This document shows, one piece after another, positions 36,324-44,450 of a stretch of DNA of 64,000 bases (its first letter is position 1; each line of letters starts with the position of its first letter). The DNA is taken from positions 111,661 to 175,660 of the forward strand of contig JBAXSI010000002.1 in the NCBI GenBank assembly GCA_037130755.1. The letters run 5' to 3'. The notes under the pieces are model-generated. The model was given only the letters and a program-made list of their open reading frames with translations. It was not told the origin of the DNA and made no database searches. A program made the position numbers and the translations under genes. This stretch comes from Actinomycetes bacterium (lineage in GTDB: Bacteria; Actinomycetota; Actinomycetes; S36-B12).

Positions 36324-37877
36324 ATGAACGCGGACGACTGGATCCTGGCGATCGATTTGGGCAACGGCGGCCCGAAGGTCGGAATCATCGATCGGGACGA
36401 CCGGTTCAAGGCGGTCGTCATTCGAGCAGTGGCGGTGCACATCGGCATGGACGGGGCCGCCACGCAAGATGCCGTGGAGTGGTGGACGTCGCTCGTCGAC
36501 GCCGTGCGCGAGGCGGTCGCGCTCTCCGGGGTGGACGGTGATGCCCTGCACGCTGTCGCGCTGACCGGCCAGTGGGCGTCGACCGTTCCCGTCGACGCCG
36601 AGGGCAACCCGGTGGGCGAGGTCCTGCTGTGGGCCGACACGCGGGCCGCGAAGTACACCCATGAGGTGATCGGCGGCCCGATCACCTATCAGGGGTTCGC
36701 CCCGCAGCGCGTGCTCCCGTGGATCCGCAAGACGGGTGGTGCGCCGACGCCCAGCGGAGCCGACCCGACCGGTCACTCGCTGCTCCTGCAGCACGAGTTC
36801 CCTGAGATCCACGCCCGCGCGGCCCACCTGATGGAGCCGCTGGACTACCTGGGCATGCGCTTCACCGGGCGGGCCGCTGCCACGCCCGCCTCGATGACGG
36901 CCAGCTGGCTGACCGACAACCGGCTCGGTCGGGAGCCGGAGTACGACAGTTGGCTGCTGTCGCACTCCAAGCGCGATCCGTCGAAACTGCCACCGCTCGT
37001 GCCGACCGGTTCCGTGCTCGGTCCTATCACTTCGACCGTCGCGGCAGAACTGGGGGTGCGCGCCGGGGCCCCCGTCGTCACTGGCATTCCCGACCTGCAC
37101 GCCGCCGTGCTCGGCAGCGGGGCGGTGGAGCCGTACGCAACACATCTGGCGATCTCGACGACCGCATGGTTCGGCACTCGGGTGCCATTCAAGAAGACCG
37201 ACATCCTGCACATGATCGCCACGGTTCCGGGTCTCGACCACGGGCACCGGGTCGTCGCGAACAACGTCGAGACCGGTGGCGCGGCACTGCGCTGGCTCAA
37301 GGAGCAGGTATTCCCCGAACTGGACTACGCCGAGCTCACTGCGCTCGCTGCCCAGGCTCCGGCCGGCTGCGAAGGCCTCATCTTCACGCCCTGGCTCAAC
37401 GGCGAACGCAGCCCCGTCGAGGACCGAATCCTACGTGCGTCGTTCCTCAACGTTTCGTTGCGCACCGACCGCGCGACGATGATCCGCGGCGTGATGGAGG
37501 GGGTGTCCCTCAATGCACGGTGGCTGTTCGACTACTACGTGAAGTTCCTCGGGAAGCAGCCCCCATACGTGCGGATCATCGGCGGCGGAGCACAGTCGGA
37601 CCTGTGGTGCCAGATGCACGCCTACGTCCTGGGCGTGCCCGTTGAACGGCCCTCGAATCCACGCGATGCACAGTTGAAGGGCGCGGCCCTGTGGGCTCGG
37701 ATCTGCTTAGGGGAGATGACGATCGAGGAGGCAGGACAGCGTGCCGTGGTCACGGACACCTTCCGTCCGGACGGCCCCGACGCGGCCGCCTATGCCGACC
37801 TCTACGAGGAGTTCCGCCGCCTCTATGGCTCCATGAAGAAGACGCAGAAGCGGCTCTCTCGCCTCTCGGTCAAGTAG
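36324..37877 (+). CDS. FGGY-family carbohydrate kinase (xylulokinase-like)
   Basis: WILAIDLGNGGPKVGII N-terminal ATPase motif, GIPDLHAAVLGSG, IIGGGAQSDLWCQMHA C-terminal motif. The ATG at 36324 lies 8 nt after the upstream stop. Confidence 0.8.
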   Translation: MNADDWILAIDLGNGGPKVGIIDRDDRFKAVVIRAVAVHIGMDGAATQDAVEWWTSLVDAVREAVALSGVDGDALHAVALTGQWASTVPVDAEGNPVGEVLLWADTRAAKYTHEVIGGPITYQGFAPQRVLPWIRKTGGAPTPSGADPTGHSLLLQHEFPEIHARAAHLMEPLDYLGMRFTGRAAATPASMTASWLTDNRLGREPEYDSWLLSHSKRDPSKLPPLVPTGSVLGPITSTVAAELGVRAGAPVVTGIPDLHAAVLGSGAVEPYATHLAISTTAWFGTRVPFKKTDILHMIATVPGLDHGHRVVANNVETGGAALRWLKEQVFPELDYAELTALAAQAPAGCEGLIFTPWLNGERSPVEDRILRASFLNVSLRTDRATMIRGVMEGVSLNARWLFDYYVKFLGKQPPYVRIIGGGAQSDLWCQMHAYVLGVPVERPSNPRDAQLKGAALWARICLGEMTIEEAGQRAVVTDTFRPDGPDAAAYADLYEEFRRLYGSMKKTQKRLSRLSVK

Positions 37878-37902
37878 GACAATCGCGGTCGCGACACGCG
37901 GA

Positions 37903-37976
37903 TATGTCTAGTAATGGACATTTCCGGGATCGTCGGTTATGGTCTTTGTATTGGTCTAGACATAGACACAAGACCG
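37903..37976. promoter_or_regulatory. Nest of GTCT/AGAC inverted repeats in a low-GC intergenic patch
   Basis: atgtctag (37903-37910) and ctagacat (37956-37963) are exact inverted copies. gtctagac is itself palindromic (37954-37961). ggtctttgt / acaagacc form a near-inverted pair. The patch lies upstream of RBS aaggagg (37984-37990). Confidence 0.35.
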
Positions 37977-37998
37977 ATAGTGCAAGGAGGTGGATGAC

Positions 37999-38226
37999 AT
38001 GTTTCGACGGATCGGCAAGAAGTCACGTGCCGCGGTCCTGCCGTGCCGAGTGGACGCTGCGCATGTCGTCACATCGGATTTCTCGACGTCGCTGTGCCGA
38101 TTCGTGCTCGTGTGCTCATGTGGGGCCCTGTTCGACACGAACTACATCGACGAGGCGTTGGAGTGGCGCGAGCTGCACCTGACCCTCGCGCCGCTGGAGG
38201 ACCAGCTCGCGGCCGCGGACCGGTGA
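37999..38226 (+). CDS. Small hypothetical protein (75 aa from ATG)
   Basis: Strong RBS aaggagg 8 nt upstream of the ATG at 37999. The protein has 5 Cys and no recognised motif. Confidence 0.45.
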   Translation: MFRRIGKKSRAAVLPCRVDAAHVVTSDFSTSLCRFVLVCSCGALFDTNYIDEALEWRELHLTLAPLEDQLAAADR

Positions 38227-38235
38227 TCGGCATCC

Positions 38236-38448
38236 ATGCCGCCCACTGACAAGGACAAGGCCAGCAAGGACGTTGTTTCGGCAGCCAAGCAATGGCGCGA
38301 GGCGAAGAAGCAGGAACGCGCCGCGCGTGATGCGCTGGCCGTGGTCGTTCGCCAGGCTGTCGGCAAGGGGATTCTCACCGAGAACAAGGTTGCCCAGTTG
38401 ACCGAGATCCCTCGCATGACGATCAGGAAGATGCTCGGCAAGACGTAG
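38236..38448 (+). CDS. Small basic protein with C-terminal helix-turn-helix-like segment (70 aa)
   Basis: Lys/Arg-rich helix, then ENKVAQLTEIPRMTIRKMLGK, which resembles an HTH. It begins 9 nt after the previous small ORF. Confidence 0.45.
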   Translation: MPPTDKDKASKDVVSAAKQWREAKKQERAARDALAVVVRQAVGKGILTENKVAQLTEIPRMTIRKMLGKT

Positions 38449-38517
38449 CGAGAAGATGGTCGCGCGGCCGTGCCAGACTGAGTCCTGCTCGCAGTGATTC
38501 TTGAGGGGATTCCCAGC

Positions 38518-40026
38518 ATGGCCATGGTCCGCATGAGCGCGCAGGACGCGCTTTGGCTGACCATGGACCGACCCAACAACCTGATGGTCGTGGACGGCGT
38601 CGTGGTCCTCGGTGACGACCTGGACTTCGATGCCTTCCTGGTGAAGTTCGACGAGATGGTTGCGCGATTCCCGGTGCTGTCGAAGCGGCCGGTGCGACAT
38701 CGTGGCAACTGGTGCTGGGAGCCCGATCCGGACTTCGAGATCACCCAGCACGTGTCTGCCGTGACGCTTCCCGCGAGCGCGACGACGCAGTCGCTGCAGC
38801 ACTTCGTTGGCGAGCAGCGGTCGGTGCCGCTCGACAAGGACGGGCCGCTGTGGGCGGCGTTCCTTGTTTCTCCGGTGCACCTGCCCGACGGCAGGGTCGG
38901 CTCGGCGATCGTCACGCGGTTCCATCACGCCATCGCCGACGGGGTTCGGCTCACCCAGATCCTCCTGGGGATGTGCGAGGCCGTCGACGGCACGATGGTC
39001 CCGCTCATCGCCCGCAGCGGCGTCAAGGGTGATGCGCTGAGCCCGATCCAGGCGGCGACGGGCACCGTCGCAGGTATCTCGCGACTGTCGGTCGCTGCCG
39101 CCCAGTCGACGTGGTCGATGGTCGGAAGCGCAACGACCACGGCACGGCAGGTGTCGTCACCCGGTGACGCCCTCGCGACGGCCGGGGCAATCCCGCGCGC
39201 ACTCAAGACAAGGATCGATTCCGGCATTTCCCTCGTGCGCCACCCCGACCACGTGCTGAACGCGTTCGAGGACGCGGGGGGTCCCGCACACCGGTCGATC
39301 AACGATATGAGCACGCTCACCAAACTGGCGTTCGGTGGCAGCGAGGCCACCGTGTGGACCGGCCTGCCAGGCCTGGAGAAGTCGGTGTCGTGGTCTCCGC
39401 CGCTGCCGCTGGCCGACGTCAAGCGCGCCGCCAAGGAGCACGGAGCAACGGTCAACGACACGCTCGTGGCGGCTGTCGCTGGTGGGCTGCGCCGCTACCT
39501 CGCCGACGAGGGTGCGGCGGTGAGCGAAGTCGTCTGGATGGTGCCGGTCAACCTCAAGCCGTTCGAGGACGAGATCCCCGAGGACCTCGGCAATCACTTC
39601 GCGTTGGTGATGCTGGGCATGCCACTCGATCACGAGTCCTCGGAGGCTCGGCTCGCCGAGATCCACCGCCGCATGCAGCGCATCAAGAACTCCGACGAGG
39701 CGGTCATCACCTTCGGGGTCCAACGGTCGATGTCGATGTCGCCGATGGTCATGGCGGCGTTCGTGACGAACTTCTTCGCCAACAAGGCGATCGGCGTGCT
39801 GACCAATGTCCCCGGCCCGACCGGGCGCATGGCCTTCGCGGGCGCCGACGTCGTGCAGGTCATGGGCTTCGCGCCGTGCTCGGGCAATCAGCCGCTGACG
39901 GCCACGATCTTCACGTACGACGGGAATGTGACGATCGGCTTCGCCGGCGACTCGGCCCTTGTGCCCGACCTGCCACGTTTGGTCGGTCATGTCGTAGCGG
40001 AGGTCCGCGAACTCACCGGGACCTGA
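38518..40026 (+). CDS. Wax ester synthase/diacylglycerol acyltransferase (WS/DGAT)
   Basis: Catalytic HHxxxDG motif (RFHHAIADGVRL), N-terminal DALWLTMDRPNNLM, C-terminal NVPGP block. Start ambiguous among the ATGs at 38518, 38524 and 38533. Confidence 0.85.
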   Translation: MAMVRMSAQDALWLTMDRPNNLMVVDGVVVLGDDLDFDAFLVKFDEMVARFPVLSKRPVRHRGNWCWEPDPDFEITQHVSAVTLPASATTQSLQHFVGEQRSVPLDKDGPLWAAFLVSPVHLPDGRVGSAIVTRFHHAIADGVRLTQILLGMCEAVDGTMVPLIARSGVKGDALSPIQAATGTVAGISRLSVAAAQSTWSMVGSATTTARQVSSPGDALATAGAIPRALKTRIDSGISLVRHPDHVLNAFEDAGGPAHRSINDMSTLTKLAFGGSEATVWTGLPGLEKSVSWSPPLPLADVKRAAKEHGATVNDTLVAAVAGGLRRYLADEGAAVSEVVWMVPVNLKPFEDEIPEDLGNHFALVMLGMPLDHESSEARLAEIHRRMQRIKNSDEAVITFGVQRSMSMSPMVMAAFVTNFFANKAIGVLTNVPGPTGRMAFAGADVVQVMGFAPCSGNQPLTATIFTYDGNVTIGFAGDSALVPDLPRLVGHVVAEVRELTGT

Positions 40027-40054
40027 TCTCCGTCGTCGGCTAGGTTCGTCAGCG

Positions 40055-40298
40055 ATGACGCGATTCTTCCTGCGGACGTATGCGTTCCCGGACGAGGTTG
40101 AGGCCGCCGCCTGAGGACTTCCTCGACCGGTTCTGCGTGATCGGTCCACCGGAGGCATGCGTGGCGCGCCTGCGCGGACTTGTCTCACTCGGCCTTGACC
40201 ACGTGGTCATCGTCGGTGGTGGCCGTGACACGGATCCGGCCGTGCGTCAGCGATCCGACGAGCTCTTTGCGGCCGAGGTGCTGCCCGCCTTCGATTGA
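40055..40298 (+). pseudogene. C-terminal remnant of a luciferase-like (LLM/F420-dependent) oxidoreductase, frameshifted
   Basis: MTRFFLRTYAFPDEVEAAA-stop in one frame continues in another frame as EDFLDRFCVIGPPEACVARLRGLVSLGLDHVVIV, the typical LLM C-terminus. No N-terminal TIM-barrel part is present. Confidence 0.6.
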
Positions 40299-40387
40299 CC
40301 GGGCTCGCTTTGGCGGTATCCGATTGTTCCCTTTTGGCATGATTCGCATTAGCCTGCTGACACGAGCACGAGGCCGGGGGAGGGCCT

Positions 40388-41914
40388 ATGTCGGACAGGG
40401 CCGAGCGCTCGATTCTTGAGCGGGCGAAGTTGCGGCGCGAGTTGCGTCGGCTCGACACGATCTTCTTCCTGATCTCCGCGATGGTGGTCGTCGACACCAT
40501 CGGAGCCATCGCCATCGGCGGTGCGCAGGCGTTCACCTGGCTGCTGGTCCTGTTCGTCTTCTTCTTCGTGCCGTCCGCCCTCGCCAGCGCCGAACTCGGT
40601 GCTGCGCTTCCGGAGGAGGGCGGTGCCTATGTGTGGGTGCGACGCGCCTTCGGTCGCTACCCGGCCGGCCTCACATCGCTGCTGTACTGGGCGGGCACCC
40701 CGATGTGGCTCGGCGGCTCGGTGACGGTGGTCGCCATCGCCGTGTTCGAGCGCTTCTTCGTGGACCTGTCCGTCCCAGGAATGTTCGTGTTCGGGACGGT
40801 CTTCGTCGTGGCGTCGACGATCGGCGCGATCATCCCCCTGCGCTACGGCAAGTGGATTCCGAATGCCGGCGCGATGACGCAGATAGCCCTTCTGGTGTTC
40901 TTCACCGGGACCGTGGTCGTCTACGGCCAGCGCCACGGCATCCACGGACTGGTGTGGGGTGACTTCTCACCCTCGTACCTCGTCTTCATCGCGGTTGCAC
41001 CGATCCTGTTGTACTCGTTCGTGGGCATCGAGTTGCCCACGTCGGCCGCCGAGGAGATGGTCGACCCGCGTAGGGACATCCCCGCTGCCATCGCTAGGGC
41101 CGGCGTCGGGCAGATCCTCATGTATGCGATCCCCATCCTCGCGGTTCTCTTCGTGCTCCCGACCGATCGGATCACCTCTTTGGGTGGACTCATGGATGCC
41201 ATGAAGACGGTCTTCACGGTGTACGGCGGCAGCCTCGGCGCTGACGGTTCGGTGACGCTGAGCGGCGCCGGGTCGGTGGTCGGGACCGTCTGCGCTGCCG
41301 CGTTCATCGTGATCCTGCTCGCCAGCGGATCGGCCTGGATCATGGGTGCAGGACGCGCGCAGGCCGCCGCGTGCCTCGACGGCGCAGGACCCGCAGTACT
41401 CGGCCGTATCTCCGATCGCTCGGGCGTGCCCGTGATCATGGGGCTTGTCTCGGGAGGGGTGGCGCTCGCGACGATGATGGCTGACCTCGCGTTCACCGGA
41501 GGTGACGGCCAGAAGTACTTCTCCGTCGCGCTGACCCTTGCCGTCGCCCTCATCGTGCTCGCGTACCTGTTCATCTTCCCGAGCTTCGTAGCCCTGCGGA
41601 TCAAGGAGCCGGGACTGGAGCGACCCTTCCGAGTTCCCGGCGGAAGAGGGGTCGCCTGGGCAATCACGATCGTCACGACGGCGTGGTCATTGCTGGCTGC
41701 CGTGTGCCTGCTGTGGCCCGGGTTCGGGACGCCCGATCCCGACCTGGCGCTGCCTGCCGGCTTCGCAGGTGACCGGGCCACGTTCGAGTTCCTCGTGCTG
41801 GCGCCGATCGCCCTGCTGCTGATCGTGCAGAGCGGCTTCTACTTCTACGAGCGGCGCCGCGAGTCCAGCCTGTCGGCCGCCCGGCTCAGCCGACCGGCAC
41901 CCACACGAGCCTGA
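40388..41914 (+). CDS. APC-superfamily amino acid permease (GadC/antiporter-like)
   Basis: 12 TM helices, SAELGAALPEEGGAYVWVRRAFG motif. Confidence 0.8.
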   Translation: MSDRAERSILERAKLRRELRRLDTIFFLISAMVVVDTIGAIAIGGAQAFTWLLVLFVFFFVPSALASAELGAALPEEGGAYVWVRRAFGRYPAGLTSLLYWAGTPMWLGGSVTVVAIAVFERFFVDLSVPGMFVFGTVFVVASTIGAIIPLRYGKWIPNAGAMTQIALLVFFTGTVVVYGQRHGIHGLVWGDFSPSYLVFIAVAPILLYSFVGIELPTSAAEEMVDPRRDIPAAIARAGVGQILMYAIPILAVLFVLPTDRITSLGGLMDAMKTVFTVYGGSLGADGSVTLSGAGSVVGTVCAAAFIVILLASGSAWIMGAGRAQAAACLDGAGPAVLGRISDRSGVPVIMGLVSGGVALATMMADLAFTGGDGQKYFSVALTLAVALIVLAYLFIFPSFVALRIKEPGLERPFRVPGGRGVAWAITIVTTAWSLLAAVCLLWPGFGTPDPDLALPAGFAGDRATFEFLVLAPIALLLIVQSGFYFYERRRESSLSAARLSRPAPTRA

Positions 41915-44339
41915 AGTCGGTGACGGCGACGTCGGACTTCGCCAAGGGGATCTGCATCGGCTGGACGTTGCGGGCCAGGCCGTTCCACTTCGCGTCGATC
42001 TCGGCGACCTCCGCCTGCAACTCCGCCTCGAGATCGAGGACAGCCTGCTGCGCTGCCGTCACCTTCTGATTGGCAGCGTCGACGCGGGCCTGTGACGTGG
42101 CGGCCTTCTTGTATTCGCTGGAGATCGACGTGCGGCTTCGTCGACCGCTGAAGAGTCCGCCGAGCATGTTGGCCACCTGAGCGCCCGTGCCGTGCTCGGC
42201 CTCGTGCCGTGCGGACTGCTGCTGGCTTGCGCTCGCCGCTGTGTCGAACTTGGCCTTGGCCGCCCGCAGCTTCGTCTCGTACTTCTTCTGCAGCGCCGCG
42301 ATCTGCTCGTCCGCCTTCGTTCCCGCGGCCTCAGTGCATCGAGCGGTGAACTCCTCCGGCGTCTCGCCGATCCGCGAGTAGACCTTCAGGTCGGGGTTGG
42401 TCAGGACCTCGACGGACTTGGTGCGGACCAGGTGGTCGGCCAGTCCCTTCTGCAGCGCGGTCCACCACGTCTTCTTGGAGATCTCGGCCTTCACCAGTCC
42501 GTAGGCGAGCGGTCCGCTGGGTTCGTCCTTGAGATCGCGATCGTCGTAGTCGACGGCGATGAACTCCGCCGGGTTCGGCAGGGGAGTGATCGGGAAGAGC
42601 ACGGCCTCGTACTCCTCGTTGTGCATGATGCCGGCCTTCGTGTCGTCGTAGCGAAGGACGACGCGTGCAACCACGCCCGGCTTGACGTGCGCGCCCGGCG
42701 CTGCTCCGATCGTCGACGACCAGTTGGCGGCCGGGTCCAGGAAGGAGACCGGGATCCCCGGAGCGATGACGGGAGCAACGGGCGACTCGTCATCGCCCGC
42801 GACCGGCAGCGCACTGCTCGCTGCCGCGGCCGCCGGCTCGGCGGTCGGTGCAGGCGCGGCCGGTGTCTCCGGTGTCTCCGGTGCCGCGGGTGCCGGTGTC
42901 GGTGCTGGAGCGGCCGCGGGCGCGGCTGCTGCGGGAGTGGGCGTTGCAGCCTCAGGGGCGACCAGCCCGATCTCCGCGAGCTTGCCGATCTCGCCCTTCA
43001 TCAGCGGGCCGCGCAGGTAGCTCATCGCCCAGCGGGTCGTGGTGAGCGAAGGTGTGTCGGAGCCCGCCTTCTTCAGCACGAACTGGCGCTTGCCGAGGGA
43101 GGAGATGGTGTCGCCGAGCGCCGACAGGTCGACGTTTCCGGCGGCGCTCTTCAGCCCGTCCATGAGGCGGGACTTGTCGCGCTCGGTCTGGAGCCGGCCG
43201 ATCAGCCAGGTGCCCGCGTTCGACAGCGCCTTGTAGTCCACGTCGACCGGGTTCTGCGTCGACAGCACGACGCCGACACCGAAGGCGCGGGCCTGCTTCA
43301 GCAGCGTCATGATCGGCTTCTTGGTCGGCGGGTTCGCCGTCGGCGGGAGGTAGCCAGCGACCTCGTCCATGTACAGGAGGGCGCGCAGCTCGGAGCTGCC
43401 GCTCTGGCGACGCGTCCACGTGACGAACTTCGCGAGGACGAGTGCGGTGACCGACTGCCGCTGCTCGTCGGACAGGTGCGAGGTGGTGATGATGGCGCAG
43501 CGCGGTCGGCCATCGGCGGTGTGGAGCATCGCCTCGATGTCGACCGGGTCACCGGCCATCCACGTGGCGAAGCCGGGCGAGGCCAGCAGGCTGTTCATGC
43601 GAATCGCGAACGCCTCGCGATCCTTGGCCGGGTAGAACTGGTCGAGCTCGAGGACACCGAGTTTGCGGATGGGCGGCTGCTGGACCTGGGCCAGCAGTGT
43701 GGCGAGGTCGAGGTCGCGGCCCTGACTCCACGAGTTCTGGATCAGCGACGACAGCAGGACGTGCTCGCGCGAGGAGAGTGGGTCGGCGTCGATGCCCATC
43801 ATCCCGAGCAGGGTCGTGACGTAGCTCTCGATCTCGTCCGCAGTGTCCTCGGGGTCGCCGCCGTCCTTGGGCGCCTTGAGGGAGCCGACGAGGTTCAGCT
43901 GGCGTCCGGCGGCCGACCCGGGCGTATAGACGCAGAACTCGACCCCCTCGCGCAAGGCACCGATGCGCTCGGGTCCGACGCCCCACCCGGCCAGGCCGTC
44001 GCGCCAGGTCGTGGCCTGCTGGCCGGCGTACTCCGCCGCGCTGACCCCCGCCTTCGTCACGTCGCTCTCGTTCACCCATGGCTCGAAGTCGGTAGGCGCC
44101 AGGGCGGGGAAGGTCAGGCACAGGTTCGTCAGGTCGCCCTTGGGGTCGATGAGCAGCGTCGGCACCCCGGCTGCCAGGCACTCCTCGATAAGCACGACGC
44201 CCAGGCCGGTCTTGCCCGAGCCGGTCATGCCGACGATGACCCCGTGGGTCGTGAGGTCCGAAGAGCCGATGACGGTCGCCCCGTCGGCCCGCTCCTTCGT
44301 CGCCGCGTCGAGCGGCCCGCCGATCGTCAGGTCTGCCAT
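41886..44339 (-). CDS. HerA/FtsK-like P-loop ATPase (817 aa) with Pro/Ala-rich linker and coiled-coil C-terminal region
   Basis: Walker A GVIVGMTGSGKTGLG, Walker B ALLYMDEVAGYLP, STQNPVDVDY sensor-like block, linker ATPTPAAAAPAAAPAPTPAPAAPETPETPAAPAP, heptad-like C-terminus. Confidence 0.8.
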   Translation of the reverse strand: MADLTIGGPLDAATKERADGATVIGSSDLTTHGVIVGMTGSGKTGLGVVLIEECLAAGVPTLLIDPKGDLTNLCLTFPALAPTDFEPWVNESDVTKAGVSAAEYAGQQATTWRDGLAGWGVGPERIGALREGVEFCVYTPGSAAGRQLNLVGSLKAPKDGGDPEDTADEIESYVTTLLGMMGIDADPLSSREHVLLSSLIQNSWSQGRDLDLATLLAQVQQPPIRKLGVLELDQFYPAKDREAFAIRMNSLLASPGFATWMAGDPVDIEAMLHTADGRPRCAIITTSHLSDEQRQSVTALVLAKFVTWTRRQSGSSELRALLYMDEVAGYLPPTANPPTKKPIMTLLKQARAFGVGVVLSTQNPVDVDYKALSNAGTWLIGRLQTERDKSRLMDGLKSAAGNVDLSALGDTISSLGKRQFVLKKAGSDTPSLTTTRWAMSYLRGPLMKGEIGKLAEIGLVAPEAATPTPAAAAPAAAPAPTPAPAAPETPETPAAPAPTAEPAAAAASSALPVAGDDESPVAPVIAPGIPVSFLDPAANWSSTIGAAPGAHVKPGVVARVVLRYDDTKAGIMHNEEYEAVLFPITPLPNPAEFIAVDYDDRDLKDEPSGPLAYGLVKAEISKKTWWTALQKGLADHLVRTKSVEVLTNPDLKVYSRIGETPEEFTARCTEAAGTKADEQIAALQKKYETKLRAAKAKFDTAASASQQQSARHEAEHGTGAQVANMLGGLFSGRRSRTSISSEYKKAATSQARVDAANQKVTAAQQAVLDLEAELQAEVAEIDAKWNGLARNVQPMQIPLAKSDVAVTDFRLVWVPVG

Positions 44340-44450
44340 GGCGGAAACCTATAAGGCCGGGCCTTCCAGCGCTCGATTGGTGGCCTAAGGTCCCGGGACT
44401 GGGGACAAACGCCCGATGAGGGCATTTGGGGCAGATGCGAGGATGTTCCG

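Noticed and set aside
40299-40387. Possible RBS-sequestering hairpin (aggcc-gggggag-ggcct) and promoter-like ttggca upstream of the 40388 permease
   Set aside because: The stem is only 5 bp, and the spacing of the promoter-like hexamers does not fit a -35/-10 pair. The evidence is insufficient.
42862-42900. 9-nt tandem repeats (ggtgtctcc x2, then ggtgccgcg and ggtgccggt). A similar ccggtcccg x2 lies at 31579-31605.
   Set aside because: Both lie inside coding Pro/Ala-rich linkers (ETPETP and PVPPVPP). They are coding low-complexity sequence, not CRISPR or a regulatory repeat.
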